From an uncultured Verrucomicrobiae bacterium (lineage in GTDB: Bacteria; Verrucomicrobiota; Verrucomicrobiia; Chthoniobacterales; Chthoniobacteraceae), in assembly GCA_963769025.1 (NCBI GenBank), contig CAVYKI010000012.1:320001-384000 (forward strand): DNA of 64,000 nt, in the 5' to 3' direction. Below, one piece after another: positions 1-14,000 of this stretch. The position numbers were made by a program, and so were the translations under genes. Each line of letters starts with the position of its first letter. The stretch's first letter is position 1. The notes beneath the pieces were generated by a model. That model saw nothing but the letters and a program-made list of their open reading frames with translations. It did not search any database and was not told the DNA's origin.

Positions 1-1
1 C

Positions 2-3000
2 AATGCCGGCCCGAACGGCACCTACGGCGATGGGGACGACGGGGTGATCTCGCTCTCGAAAGCCGACACCGGCGTGCTGATTCTAAGCGGGGCCAATACT
101 TTCAGCGGCAGCGTCTTCATCAATGAAGGCACCGTCCAGATCAGCGCGGAGAACAACCTCGGCGCATCGGGCAACGACGTGATCTTCAGTGGCGGCACGC
201 TCAGCATCACCGCGGGATTCACCGCCGGCACTGGAAAGGTTTTCACCGTGACCTCCGACCGGACGGGCACGCTCGACATCGCCTCCGGGCAGACGCTCAC
301 CCTCGGCAATGCCAGCGATGTGCTCACCACGGGCAACGCCGCGAGCGTGCTGTTCAAGGCCGGGGCGGGCGCATTGGTGATTCAGACCGCAAACCCATCC
401 TTCGATGGCACGCTGCAGATTGACGCCGGCACGATCGAACTGCGGAATGCCCAGTCGCTCGGCGATGCGGTCAACCCCGGCCGCGTCACCCTCAACAGCG
501 GCACGCTGAAGCTGCGCAACGATACAGGCACGAACTTCGCCAACAGCGTGACGGTCGCGGCGGATTCGGTGATCGACGTCGGCGGGCTCACCGGCACCAC
601 GCCCGCGGTGACACACACGCTCGGCGCACTTTCCATCGGGGCGAACACCCTCACGATCACCGGCAGCAACGGCGCGGCGCTGGTGTTCGGCGCGGTGACA
701 CTCACCGGATATGCGACGCTCAATCCCACCACGGCCGACGCGACGCTCGGTGGCGTTTCCGGCTTGTTTGGAATCACCAAGACCGGCGCCGGCACGCTAA
801 TGCTGAACGGCACCAGCAGCTACACGGGCGCGACCACGATCAGCGCGGGCACAGTGCGCCTGGGAGTCGCAGGCGGCGTGGCGTCCGCGTCGGCGGTCAC
901 CGTTGCCGGCGGCGCAACATTCGATCTCAGCAACTTCAGCGCGACCATCGGCTCGCTCGCGGGCGCAGGCAGCGTCGCTCTCGGCAGCGGGACGATCACC
1001 GCTGGCGGCAATAATTCGGGCACCACATTTTCCGGCATCGTCAGCGGCACCGGCGGGCTGACAAAAACCGGCAGCGGCGCTTTCACTGTCAGCGGCGCGA
1101 ACACCTACTCCGGCATCACCAGCGTCGCCGGTGGCACGCTGCGGCTTGGCAGCACGAGCGGGGTGCCGTCCACCTCGGCGCTCACCATCGCGGGCGGCGC
1201 GACTTTTGATCTGAACAATTTCAGCGCGACCACCGGTTCGCTCGCGGGCGCGGGCAGCGTCACGCTCGGCAGCGGCACTCTCACGACCGGCGGCGACAAT
1301 TCGAGCACGACCTTCTCCGGCGTCATGAGCGGCAGTGGCGGCTTCACGAAAACCGGAAGCGGTGCGCTCACACTCTCCGGCGCGAGTACGTTCACGGGCA
1401 CTTTTGACGTCAGCAATGGCACCGTCATCGCCCAGCACTCCTCCGCGTTTGGCGGCACGGCGGGCGGCACGGTCGTCGCCGCCGGAGCGGAATTGCAGAT
1501 CGCTGGCGGCATCGCCGTGGGCGCGGAGCCGTTGACGCTGCGCGGATCGGGCACGGGCGGCTCGGGTGCGCTGCGCCTGCTCAGCGGCGCAGCCTCGGCT
1601 GGCGGCAACATCACGCTCGCGGCCGCAACGACCATCGGCGCGGAAGGGGGGACGCTCACGCTCGCCGGTACGATCGGGACCGGTGGATTCTCCCTCACCT
1701 TCACCGGCGCGGGGAACATCCAGTCCGACGGCATCATCGGCGGCAGCGGCGGCATCGTGCAAAACGGCGCGGGCACGCTCACCTTGACCGCGTCGAACAC
1801 ATACACCGGGGCCACGACGATAAACTCCGGCGCGGTCGCCTTGCAAAACGGGATGGGCTTCGGCGCGGCGGGCACGGGCGCGGTGACTCTCGTAAGCGGC
1901 GCGGCGATCGTCATCAACAACGCGGGCGGCATCAACGTGGGTGACAAATCGCTGACGCTGAATGGCACCGGAATCAGCGGAACGGGTGCCATCGCCAGCA
2001 TCCTGGGAAACCATGGGTGGGCAGGCAGCATCACGCTCGCCTCGGACGTGACGATCGCGGTGGAGGCGGACAGCCTCACGCTTTCCGGGGCGATCGGCGA
2101 ATCGGGCGGCGCACGCGCGCTGACCAAGATCGGGGCCGGCACGCTCGTGTTCGACGGGAGCAATGCTTACACCGGCGCGACGCTGATCGACGCTGGCGCC
2201 CTGCAGATCGGCTCTTCCGAGCGCATCGGCAACTCCTCAGCCGTGACGGTGGCCGCGGGCGGGACGCTGGACTTGAACGACGCCGATGAAACGATCGGCT
2301 CGCTCGCGGGCGCGGGGATCGTCTCGTTCGGCACCGCCGCGACGTCATCGCTCACGACCGGCGTCGATGGCACGAGCACGGCTTTTTCCGGCGTCCTCAG
2401 CGGCAGCGGCGATTTCATCAAGACGGGCAGCGGCACGCTGACGCTGAGCGGCGCGAACACTTTCACCGGCACGGTTTTCATCAACGGCGGCATCCTTTCG
2501 ATCAATGCCGACACGCGCCTGGGCAACAGCGGCAACGGGCTCGATTTCGGAGGAGGCACGCTCAGGCTGACCGCGGCGATTACGACCAGCCGCGCGATCC
2601 ATCTGAGCACCGCGGGCACCGTGGACACCGCCGGGGTGAACTCCACCATCAGCAGTGCCATGAGCGGCAGCGGTTCGTTCACGAAGATCGGCGCCGGCAC
2701 ACTCAGCCTCACCGCGGCGAACACGTATACCGGCAGCACCACGGTGAGCGCAGGCACGCTGAGCCTCGGTGCCAGCGGCGCGATCGCGAGCTCCAGCGTC
2801 GGCGTCAGCAGCGGGGCGACGCTCTCCATCGTCAGCGGCGGCACCCTTTCCAGCAGCGCGGCGCTGACCGCCGATGGCGCGGTGAACTACAACAGTGCGA
2901 CCGCGACCATCGGTTCACTCAACGGCGCGGGCACCGGGGTGGTCTCGCTCAATACCACCACCCTCACGCTCGGCAGCGGCAGCTATGCGGGCATCGTGCA

Positions 3001-5641
3001 AAATGGCGCCGGCGCGGGCGGCCTGACCAAGACCTCCACGGGCACCCTCACGCTCACCGGCGCGAACACTTATACCGGCGCGACCACGGTGAATCTCGGC
3101 ACCATGGTCCTCGGCAGCGGCGGGTCGCTCGGCGGGACAGCCGTGACGGTGGGCAGCGGCGCGACGCCGACGGCCTCAGCCGGGCACGCCACTTTGCAGA
3201 TCAACGGAAACTACACCATCGGCACCGCCTCCGCGGGCGGACTCACCGTGCGGGGCGGCAACACCGGCGGCACGCCTCTGGGACAGGGAACGCTGAGCCT
3301 GCTGGACGGAACGATCAACACGCTGACACTGGCCAACACCTCGGCCACCACGAACCTCACGCTCGGAGGCGCGGCGGGGAATCCATCCATCCTCTACTTC
3401 GACCTTGGCAATGCCTCCACGGACTCGATCGCGGTGGGGAAAAAGCTGACGCTGAATGCGGGCGGCGCGATCATCCATCTCAACCAGCTTTCTGGCACGA
3501 ACATCGCCAACGGGACCTACACGCTGCTCAGCTTCACCGCCTTCGGCAGCGCACCCGCGGGCGCGTTCACCCTCGGCGCCGGGAGCACGAGCTTTGGCGG
3601 CCATAACTTCGCGCTCACCCCATACACCAGCATCTCCACGGTCGCATCGCTGGTCGTCACGTCCAATGTCACGCCGACGGTCGCGTACTGGACCGGGAGC
3701 CAGGATGCACTCTGGAGTTCGTTCGGCGTCAGCATGGCCAATACGAATTTCAGCACCGATGCCACGGGTGCCACGAATACCTTCCAGATCCCTGGAGGCG
3801 TCTCCGATGTCTTCGTTTCCGCAAACAGCAGCGCCAGCCTCAGCACCACGCTCGGGCTGGATTTCTCGATCAAAAGCCTGACGTTCACCGGCACCGGCAC
3901 GACGGCGGCCTCCAGTTCCGTGAGCATCGGCGGCGCGAACACCCTGACGCTCGGCACCGGCGGTATCACGGTGCAGGCGGGCTCCGCCGCCCACACCATC
4001 AGCGCGAGCGTCGCCCTTGGCGCAGCGCAGTCATGGACCAACAACAGCGGCAGCCTCATGACCGTGAGCGGCAACGTCAGCAACGGTGCGAATCTCCTCA
4101 CCATCGCCGGCAGCGGCAGCACGACCATTTCCGGCATCATCGGCAACGGCAGCGGCGGCGTGACGAAGACCGGCGCAGGCACGCTCACACTCTCCGGCGC
4201 GAATACCTACACCGGCGGCACCACGCTCAGCGCCGGCACCCTCGCGCTTGGAAGTTCCGGCGCACTCGGCAGCTCGGGGACCATCATCCTCGGCGGCGGC
4301 ACGCTGAAATTCAGCGCGAGCAACACCACCGACTATTCCGCGCGCTTCAGCACCGCCGCGGGTCAGGCATACAATTTCGACACCAACGGCCAGGATGTGA
4401 CTTTCGCCACCGCACTGACCAGTTCGGGCGCCACGCTCACCAAATCCGGCGCGGGCACGCTCACTCTGAGCGGCGCGAATACCTTCAGCGGTGGCTCGAC
4501 CGTGAGTGCGGGCACTCTTTCCGTGAACGGTTCGCTGGCCGGCGGAGTCACCGTCGGCAGTTCGGGCACGCTGACCGGCGCGGGCACCGTGAACGGCACT
4601 TTTAACACCGCCGGCACCCTCACGGTAAACGGCGGGGCCTTCACGATCGGCGGAGCCGGCAGCCATCTGAACAACACCGGCGCCGTCGCGATCCTGAATG
4701 GGACGCTGAACGTGGCCGGCAATTATGTGCAGACTTCAGGGAGCACCTCGCTGAAGAGCGGCACGATCACCGCCTCGACGATCCAGTTCAATGGCGGCAC
4801 GTTTGTGGATCCGGGCACGAGCACCTTGAACGGCGACGTCTCCAACAGCGCGTCCTTCCTCGTGAATGACAACAGCACGCTGAATGTAAACGGCCATTTT
4901 GCCAACACGGGCGCCGGGACCGTCAGCATTATCGAGAACAGCACGATGAACGTGACGACCGGCTTCAACATGACGAACGCGGGTGCGGTGACGATCGCCT
5001 CGGGCAGCTCGATCGCGCTCGCCAGCGGCAGCTACACGCAAAGTGCCGGCACCACGACGATCGACGGGACACTCGCCGCGGCGACGATCGCCATCAGCGG
5101 AGGGACCGTCGAAGCCAACGGCGCGGGCGCGCTCGGCAGCACCTCGGCGGTGACGATCAACTCCGGAGGAACGCTTCTCCTCCACGGCACCGGGGATCGG
5201 ATCAACGATGCAGCGGCCATCACGCTCGCCGGCGGCACCTTCAATACCGGCGGCCTCAGCGAAAGGGTCGGCCCCGTCACGCTGACCGCCTCATCGACCC
5301 TCGATTTCGGGACTGGCGTGAGCGTGCTCGAATTCAGCACTGCCGGATCGACCTTCGCGAATGGGCAGACGCTGACGGTCAATAACTGGAGCGGGAACGC
5401 AAACGGCGGCGGCACCGATCAGTTGATCTTCGGCCAGAACATGTCGGGCTATTTCAACCAGATCAGCTTCAGCGGATTCGGGGGCACGGGACAAGTCAGC
5501 TTGGGCGACGGACGGTTCGAGCTCGTCCCCGTCCCCGAGCCGGCGACCATTGCGGGCGCTCTCTGCCTGCTAAGCTTCGTGGCATTCCGCGAACGGGGAC
5601 GGCTGAGGCGGATCTGGGCGGCATCGCGAGCCGGAAAATAA
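2..5641 (+). CDS. Large surface protein A: passenger-associated (autotransporter-type) beta-strand repeats plus C-terminal PEP-CTERM anchor; 5' end lies outside the window
   Basis: Frame is open from nt 2 (NAGPNGTYGDGDDGVISLSK...), >=1,879 aa, Gly/Thr/Ala/Ser-rich. Many (L/F)TKxGxGTLTLSGANTYxGxTx repeats. Ends ELVPVPEPATIAGALCLLSFVAFRERGRLRR (PEP, TM helix, Arg cluster). No beta-barrel. Confidence 0.9.
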   Translation, partial: NAGPNGTYGDGDDGVISLSKADTGVLILSGANTFSGSVFINEGTVQISAENNLGASGNDVIFSGGTLSITAGFTAGTGKVFTVTSDRTGTLDIASGQTLTLGNASDVLTTGNAASVLFKAGAGALVIQTANPSFDGTLQIDAGTIELRNAQSLGDAVNPGRVTLNSGTLKLRNDTGTNFANSVTVAADSVIDVGGLTGTTPAVTHTLGALSIGANTLTITGSNGAALVFGAVTLTGYATLNPTTADATLGGVSGLFGITKTGAGTLMLNGTSSYTGATTISAGTVRLGVAGGVASASAVTVAGGATFDLSNFSATIGSLAGAGSVALGSGTITAGGNNSGTTFSGIVSGTGGLTKTGSGAFTVSGANTYSGITSVAGGTLRLGSTSGVPSTSALTIAGGATFDLNNFSATTGSLAGAGSVTLGSGTLTTGGDNSSTTFSGVMSGSGGFTKTGSGALTLSGASTFTGTFDVSNGTVIAQHSSAFGGTAGGTVVAAGAELQIAGGIAVGAEPLTLRGSGTGGSGALRLLSGAASAGGNITLAAATTIGAEGGTLTLAGTIGTGGFSLTFTGAGNIQSDGIIGGSGGIVQNGAGTLTLTASNTYTGATTINSGAVALQNGMGFGAAGTGAVTLVSGAAIVINNAGGINVGDKSLTLNGTGISGTGAIASILGNHGWAGSITLASDVTIAVEADSLTLSGAIGESGGARALTKIGAGTLVFDGSNAYTGATLIDAGALQIGSSERIGNSSAVTVAAGGTLDLNDADETIGSLAGAGIVSFGTAATSSLTTGVDGTSTAFSGVLSGSGDFIKTGSGTLTLSGANTFTGTVFINGGILSINADTRLGNSGNGLDFGGGTLRLTAAITTSRAIHLSTAGTVDTAGVNSTISSAMSGSGSFTKIGAGTLSLTAANTYTGSTTVSAGTLSLGASGAIASSSVGVSSGATLSIVSGGTLSSSAALTADGAVNYNSATATIGSLNGAGTGVVSLNTTTLTLGSGSYAGIVQNGAGAGGLTKTSTGTLTLTGANTYTGATTVNLGTMVLGSGGSLGGTAVTVGSGATPTASAGHATLQINGNYTIGTASAGGLTVRGGNTGGTPLGQGTLSLLDGTINTLTLANTSATTNLTLGGAAGNPSILYFDLGNASTDSIAVGKKLTLNAGGAIIHLNQLSGTNIANGTYTLLSFTAFGSAPAGAFTLGAGSTSFGGHNFALTPYTSISTVASLVVTSNVTPTVAYWTGSQDALWSSFGVSMANTNFSTDATGATNTFQIPGGVSDVFVSANSSASLSTTLGLDFSIKSLTFTGTGTTAASSSVSIGGANTLTLGTGGITVQAGSAAHTISASVALGAAQSWTNNSGSLMTVSGNVSNGANLLTIAGSGSTTISGIIGNGSGGVTKTGAGTLTLSGANTYTGGTTLSAGTLALGSSGALGSSGTIILGGGTLKFSASNTTDYSARFSTAAGQAYNFDTNGQDVTFATALTSSGATLTKSGAGTLTLSGANTFSGGSTVSAGTLSVNGSLAGGVTVGSSGTLTGAGTVNGTFNTAGTLTVNGGAFTIGGAGSHLNNTGAVAILNGTLNVAGNYVQTSGSTSLKSGTITASTIQFNGGTFVDPGTSTLNGDVSNSASFLVNDNSTLNVNGHFANTGAGTVSIIENSTMNVTTGFNMTNAGAVTIASGSSIALASGSYTQSAGTTTIDGTLAAATIAISGGTVEANGAGALGSTSAVTINSGGTLLLHGTGDRINDAAAITLAGGTFNTGGLSERVGPVTLTASSTLDFGTGVSVLEFSTAGSTFANGQTLTVNNWSGNANGGGTDQLIFGQNMSGYFNQISFSGFGGTGQVSLGDGRFELVPVPEPATIAGALCLLSFVAFRERGRLRRIWAASRAGK

Positions 5642-5663
5642 AACCGCGGCGCGTCGGCGGCCC

Positions 5664-7103
<1,440 letters not shown>

Positions 7104-7187
7104 GTGTGGACGTGGATTCTGTCCGGCGCGCAAGCGGAGGTGTCGAGCGGAAATGCCGCGACTTTTCGCCGCCAAGGGCAGGCGCGG

Positions 7188-7832
7188 CTAGTGCGCGCCG
7201 TTGCTGACGATGCGGCTGCCCACCGCGTAGCCGTTCTTGCGGTGGCCGTTCAGCGGCTTCGGAGTCTTCGTCTTGAAGAATTTCGTGACGAACATCGGCG
7301 GGACATTCCGCAGGCAGTACTCGCTCTCCGCATGGGCGAAATGGTCGCAGTGGCCGCGCGTGCGCAGCTCGTTCGTGACCTGATAGATGATGAACGCCGA
7401 GTGGGTCTGCGGCGCGAGCACCGAGTGGGTGTGGTCGAGGATTTCGCGCTTCTTCGCCTTGTCGAGGATGCTGAACGGGATGCCGGAGACGACGTAGTCG
7501 CAGTGCGGCAGGCCTTTCTTCGAAAGGACATCGGGAAGCCGAACGCAGTCCTCGTTGTGGACGCTGACGCGCGGATCGGACGCGAATTGCCTGCGCAGGT
7601 GCTCGCAAAGTTCGGCGTCGATTTCGAAGAGCATCAGGTGCGAGTCCGGGTGCATGCGCCGCGCGATTTCACGCGTGTGGCAGCCTTCGCCGGGGCCGAA
7701 CTCGGCGATCACCCGGGGGCTTGCGTGCTCCATTTTGTCCGAGACTTTGCGGATGAGCGTCTGGGAGCTCGGCATGATGGAAGCCACGCGCCAGGGGCAA
7801 CGTAGGAATCGTTTCAGAAAGAGTGCGCTCAT
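7188..7832 (-). CDS. Class I SAM-dependent methyltransferase, phospholipid N-methyltransferase (PmtA)-like
   Basis: 214 aa. [20 protein letters not shown]-terminus, motif [26 protein letters not shown] and RNVPPMFV, as seen in PmtA-like proteins. Confidence 0.75.
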   Translation of the reverse strand: MSALFLKRFLRCPWRVASIMPSSQTLIRKVSDKMEHASPRVIAEFGPGEGCHTREIARRMHPDSHLMLFEIDAELCEHLRRQFASDPRVSVHNEDCVRLPDVLSKKGLPHCDYVVSGIPFSILDKAKKREILDHTHSVLAPQTHSAFIIYQVTNELRTRGHCDHFAHAESEYCLRNVPPMFVTKFFKTKTPKPLNGHRKNGYAVGSRIVSNGAH

Positions 7833-7980
7833 TTAGGCTTTGTGCCGGGGAAAACTGGCGCGGACTCTACCGGCTGGCGGGTGCATGGCAAGCGTTCAGA
7901 CGCGGGACGATGCGGTCGAAAGCCGCAAACCCGCAAGTTCGCGCACTGGCTCCGCCACCGCTGCGGCAGCGGCCAGGCAC

Positions 7981-8015
7981 AAAAAGCGCGCGCCGTCGCA
8001 TGGCGGCATGGTCGC
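7981..8015 (-). terminator. Possible intrinsic terminator after gene B
   Basis: On the minus strand just past the stop at 8016: imperfect GC hairpin GCCGCC-ATGC-GACGGC followed by GCGCGC-TTTTT. Confidence 0.35.
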
Positions 8016-11000
8016 TTATTTGCGGGCGAGGCGGCTGCGGACCCCCGTGAACCGGCGGCGCTCGCGGTAACCGATGAGCGCGCACAGCGCGACCGCACCG
8101 ATGAGCGCCGTGGTCGCGGGCTCCGGCACCGGCACGATCTCATACATGGCTGCCAAACTGCACTTGCATGCCTTGGCCGAAGCCCGTGAAGTTGATCCCG
8201 GGGATGAGATTGCCATTCCCAAAACCGATATCACTGGTGAAAAGGAGGCGGCTTTGACCGTCGGCAAACGTGCCGTTGTCCGCCATCGTACCAATCCCGT
8301 AAGCGGAACCCGCCCAGTTGGCGATATTCAGGGTCGCTCCTCCCAGGGACAGCGTACTGAACACGAAGCTGTTGTCCGTCCCGCCGCCGAAGTCGAGGGT
8401 GGACGTTCCACTGAGCGTCAGCGACGCAAAGCTGTTCGTCACTCCCGTCTGCACGCCCACCGCGAGCGTGCTGCCGTCGGTGCCGGCGTAGGTCGTGCTG
8501 CCGGTGGTCCCGGTGAAGGTCTGGGCGAGCGCAGTCGGGGTTACCGTGCCGGTTCCGACGGTGTTGCTCGCAGTGCTGTTCAGCAGCATCGTGCCACTGT
8601 TATTCACCGCCGTCGTTCCGCTCAGGCTGCCGCCGGCCACCACTTCGAGCGTGCCGGTGGAGGTCACCGTGGTCGCGCCGTTGTAGGGGTTGCTGTTGCT
8701 CACCGTGGTCTTGCCGCCCGTGATGGTGAGGTCGGAGTTCGCGATTCGCACCGACGATCTGGCCGGTCACCGCGATTCCATTCGCGCCGCCATTGAGGGT
8801 GAGCGTGGTGCCGTTCTTGGTGAGCGTTCCGGAGAGCGTGAGCAGGCCGGTGCCGCTGTTCTGGATGGTGTCATTGCCGTTGCCGAATGCGGAAACGTGC
8901 TTGGCCAGCGTGGCGGCGCCGGTGCCGTTGTAAGCCAGCGTGCCGGAGGAAACGCCGGCCACACCGAGGTTCACCGCCGAGAACGCGGAGGCGGTGGACA
9001 CGGTCGTGTCCGCGTTCCCGCCGAGCGACTGGGTGCCGCTGGCCGAGGCATTGCCGGTGGAGAAGTTCAGCGTGCCCGCATTGACGAACGTCTCGCCCGA
9101 GTAGCTGTTCATGCCGGTCAGCGATGTCGTGCCGCCGGAGTTCGTGAAGGTGCCCGTTCCGGTCTGGATGGCGGCGTTGATCACCGTCGTGCCCGTGCTC
9201 GTGTTGGCGACGGTCAGGTTGGTGTTGCTGCCGGTGACGGTGCCGGCGCCGGTGGTCCCATTGACGGTCACCGTGTTCGCACTCGCATTCGTCCAGGTCT
9301 GCGCGGAACCGAGCACGAGATTCGCATTGAGCGTGAGTGCTCCCGAACTGGCATTGGTGCTGATGCCGCCCGCGCCGATGGTCAGATTGTTCACCGCAGT
9401 GCCGGCGTCGCCGATGGTCACGTTTCCGGTGGCCGCGTTCGTCAACGTGAGGCTCTTGATCGAGGTCGGCGCATTGGTGACGTTCGTGGTGAGGTTGGTC
9501 GCGGCCGGTGTGGTCGTGTTGAAGAACACATCCGTCAGCAAGGTCGGCGTAGCCTGGGTGTCCACGTCGGACGTGGCATCCGTGCGCCAGTTGGTCATGC
9601 CGGCGGTGTTCGTGTTCCAGTTTGCATCCGCCGTACCGGCCCAGTAGGCCGTGGTCGGAGCCGCGACGGTCACGTTGAGAGCGGTCTGCGTCGTGGTGTT
9701 CTGTGCCCCGGAGAGCGTCAGGGTGTAGGTCTTGCTGCCCCATCCACCGCTGAGGACGATGCTCGGGGTGCCGAGCGTGAAGTTGTTCGTGCCGGTGCCG
9801 ATGAATCCGCTGCCCGCATTGATGAGCGGGATGACGCCGAGCGGGATGCTCGTGGCACCGGTGAGGGCGTTCAGGGTGACGGTTCCACCCGTGGCGGCCG
9901 CGGCCCTGGAGGCAATGATGCGGTCGGCACCGGCATTGCCGATGTCGAAGGTCAGGGTCGTGGTGGCGGAACTCGTGGTGAAGCCCGTTCCCGTGCCGTT
10001 GCCCACGATGTTGAACGTGCCGATCGCGCCATCCACCATGGTGAAGAGGGAGCCGTTGCTCAGCGTCAGCGATGCACCGGCATTGGTCGTCGTCGCGTTG
10101 CCGATGTTGACGGTGTTATTCGTGGCAGGATTCGCTCCCGCCGCACTCACCGCCAGCGTCTGGCCGGAGGCCACCGTGATGGCGGTGTTTGCCAAGGTCG
10201 GAGTCTGCGCGGCGGTCTGGCCATTGGCCGGGTTGGTTGCCGTGGATCCGTTCTTCAGGGTCAGCGTGCCGCCGCTCACGGTGGTAACGCCGGTGTAGTA
10301 GCTCTGGCCGCTCAGGGTCTGGTTGTTCGTGCCGGTCTTGATCAGCGAGAGGTTCCCCGCCGTGGCCGCGACCAATGCGCCGCTGAAGTTGGCGTTCTTG
10401 GCGTTGCTGCCCGTGCCGATGGTCAGGGCGGCCGCAGGACCGCTGTTAGTGACGATGCCGCCGCCGGCGAGCGAACCAATCGAGAGCGCAGAGGCGTTCA
10501 TGTTGATTTGTGACGTGGTGCCCACGGTGTAGTCCGCGCCGTTGTTGCCCGCGCCGCCGAAAGCGTTGGCGTTGCCCATGGTGATCAAGCCACCGGTGAG
10601 CGTGACCGGGCCGGTGAAGGTGCTCGCCACGCCGGGCGTTAGGGTCAGGAGACCGGGGCCGGCCTTGGTGAAGCCGCCGGAACCGGTGATCTGGCCGGTG
10701 ATGTTGCTCGTCTGACTGGCAGTCGGGACGGTGAACGTCGGGGCCTGGCCGTTCAGGTTCATCGCACCGCTGAGGTTGACTGCGCTACCGCTGAATCCGT
10801 TTGCCAGAGTGAGATTGGTCGGGCCGGTAAAGATGGTCTGAAGCGCGATGCCGGTGTTGGCAGCGACGGAGGAAGCCAGGCCGATGTTGCCGCTGAACGA
10901 CAGAGCGCCAGCGGTACCAGTGTTCACGCCCAAGGCGGTCGCGTTGCCCACGAAGATCGAGCCGCCGTTGAGCGCCCATGTGAGCGAAGCCGCGTTGGCG

Positions 11001-14000
11001 TTCGGCAGGATGAGCGAACCGCTGCCGGTCTTGGTGAGCACGGCACCGGCGCCGTTCGAGGTGGTTGTACCGATGGCGTTGGTGGTGATCGCGGAGGCGA
11101 TGCTCAGGTCGTTGAGCGAACTGCCGGTGACGTTGATCGTCGTTCCTGTGGCGTTGCTGAAGTTCACCGTGCCGCCGGTGATCAGGGGAGTGAACCCTGA
11201 GTTGTCGTTGTTCACGCTGATCGCGGAGGCCGAGGAGTAATCCAGCAACGTGCCCACGTTCACCGTCGGCGCGGCATTGCCGCCCGTGTTGTTGATGGTC
11301 AGCGTCGTGCTGAAGCGGTTGGTGCCCACCAGGGTGAGGATGCCGCTGCCGTTGATGGTGACGGCGCTCGTCGAGGCGATCTGGCCCTGGTTGGTGTTCA
11401 TCGCCACCGTGGCACCGCCATTGATGACGAGGTTGCCCGGGATGACGATGGAACCCGGCAGGCCGCTCAGGTTGGTCGTGCCGCCGGCATACTGGTCGGT
11501 GGAGGAGTTGATCGTCGTCGTGCCGGTGTAGGCGTTGTTGATCGCGCCCACGGTGAAGGTGTTGGTGGCGCTAGTAGCCAGAGCGTTCTGCGACAGGGTC
11601 AGCGTGAAGCCGGTGGCATTCGTGCCGGCGACAGCGGTGATGGTGGTGCCGCCCGGGATGTTCGGGCCGCCAATGTTCATGCCGATCTGCGGAGTGAAGC
11701 CTGTGGCGAAGTTGTTCGCAGGAGTCGTCACGGAGTTGCTGCCGAGGGTGGTCGATGCGGTGGCAGTGAGGCTCGCCGGCGCGGCGAAGGTGATCTGTGC
11801 GGTCGCGGTATTCACCGTGGCGCTGGTGGCGGCGGAGAGGGTGATCACGTTTCCGGCAATGTTGGTGATCGTGGAACCGCCTGTGATTCCCGTGCCGCTG
11901 ACGGCCATGCCGATGAACAGGCCGGTGCTGTTCGGCACCGTGATGGTGGTCGAACTAATCGGGATCTGCGCGACGGTCAGGCTCTCGACCACCTGCGGCG
12001 CCAAGGTCAAGGTCAGGTTCCCGGTGCTGCGGGTCACCGAGAGGGCACCGCTGCCGCCGGACCAGAGGCCGGTGGTGCCGCTGAGGGTGGCACCGTTGTT
12101 CACGATCGGGGTGTTGATGGTCACCGTGTTCTGGGAGCCGACCTGCACAAAGAGGGTGGATGCCGTGTTGAGCGCGCCGGCCGTGAGGCTGCCGCCCTGG
12201 ATCGCAATCGCCTGGTTGTTCGAGTTGCTGACCAGGAGGCCGCCGCCTAACAGCACGAGCTGGTCGGTCGTGCCGTTCAAGCCCAGCGTGGTGGCCGCGG
12301 CGGGGTTGGTGAACGCCAAGGTGTTCAACGTCTGGCCAACGACGCTTTGGGTCGTCGCTCCCACACCGGCATTGGCCGCAGGGCCGCCGCCGAGCGCGCC
12401 GTAGTTCGCCGTGCCGTTGGTGTTCGGGATGCTGACGCCCGCCGTATTCGAGTAGGTCGCCCAGTTGAAATTGTTGGCGGTGCTGGAGACGACCAACTGA
12501 GGGCTGATGATGCCGTTCACCATGCTCGAGGCAGTGAAGGGCACGCCGTTCAACTGCGAGATAAAGACGCGGGCGTTGGCGGAGGTGAAGGCGCCCAAGC
12601 TGCCGCTAAACGGAGCCTCGATGTTCAGCGTTGAATTGTTGTTCACCACCAGGTTGGCAATGTTGAACGTCGGCGCCGAGCTGTTGGCGTTATTGCTGTA
12701 CTGGTTGATGTAAAACAGGTTCGATCCGCCGTTCAGGGTGACGGTGCCGAAGTTCTGGCTGCTCGTGGCCGAGGTGGAATTCACGCGGATGGCGCCGCCC
12801 GTCAGGTTCAGCGGGGCGCTGGCGGAGATGCGGGCGTTGTTGGTGCTCAGGCCCGTGTTATCGAGGATGAGTGCGGCAAAGTTGGCGTTAATGGCCGCAG
12901 TGCTCGCGATGCTCGCCGAGTCACGCAGGGTGATGCTGCCGCCGCGGATGGTGGTCGTGCCCGTGTAGATCTGCGGGGTGGTCAGGGTCATCGCCGTGTT
13001 GCCCGACTTGTCGAGGCTCAGGTTGCCGCTGAACTGGCCCGAGAAGACGCTCGCCGCCGCATTCGTGGAGAACGTGGCCGGCGTGGCACTGCTGTTGGTG
13101 ATGACGATGTTCGGGCTGCCGGCCGTGCCGCCGCCGTAAGGCAACTGGTTCGTGCTGGTCAGGGTGCCGACGAGCTGGTTGTTGCCGTTGAGGTCCACCG
13201 TGCCGTTGTTGACCGCCAGGTTTTCCGCGCTCGGTGCGCCGCCGCTGTTGATATAGACGTATAGCGGGTTCGTGCTGTAGGTGTAACCGCCCAAGGTGCT
13301 GGCGTTGGAGCCGGAACCGGTGCCGAGTTGCAGCGTGCCGCCATTGACGGTGACCGTCTGGGCGTTGTTGCTTGTGAGCGGCCCGTTGAGGACGAGCGTG
13401 CCGCCGTCCGCCTTGGTGAAGCCGCCAGTGGCACCGGTGATGATGGCATTCAGCGTCAGGGTCGAGCCAGTGAGGACGTGGTAGTCCGTCGTCACGCTAC
13501 CGTTTGCAAATGTGCCCGTCGTGATGTTGTTGCTGCCGGCCAGGTTCAGGACGCCGCCCGTCGTGCTATTCGTGAAGTTCAGCAATCCGCCGTTCGCGCC
13601 GAAGGGATTGGTCGCCACGATGGCTTGGTTGATGCCACCGCCGCTCTGGAGCGTGAGGGTGAGCGTGTTCGCGAAGCTGGCCGCAAAGTTGCCGGCCGCG
13701 AGCGTGTTGGCGGTCGCGGAACCGTAGGCCACGGTGCTGAGGCTCACGTTCGTATTGGCCGCAGTCGTCGTGATCAACGTGCCGGTAAGTTCCGTGCCTG
13801 GGTTCAGCGCACGGACGAGGCCTGAAACAGAGTCCACCGTCAGGAAGCTGGTGCCGTTGCCGCTGGCACTCGGATCCACGAGGATATCCGGGCGGATGCT
13901 CCGGGTCAGCGTGGCGTTGGCGCCGCCGCCGCCGAGCAAATTGGCACCCGGGAAGGTGCTTGCCGCACCGGCGGTCGCAAACGTAACAGCCGCGATATTC

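Noticed and set aside
776..1346. Two ~285-bp internal repeats in gene A as a separate element
   Set aside because: Ordinary in-frame duplication of passenger-repeat units (95 aa).
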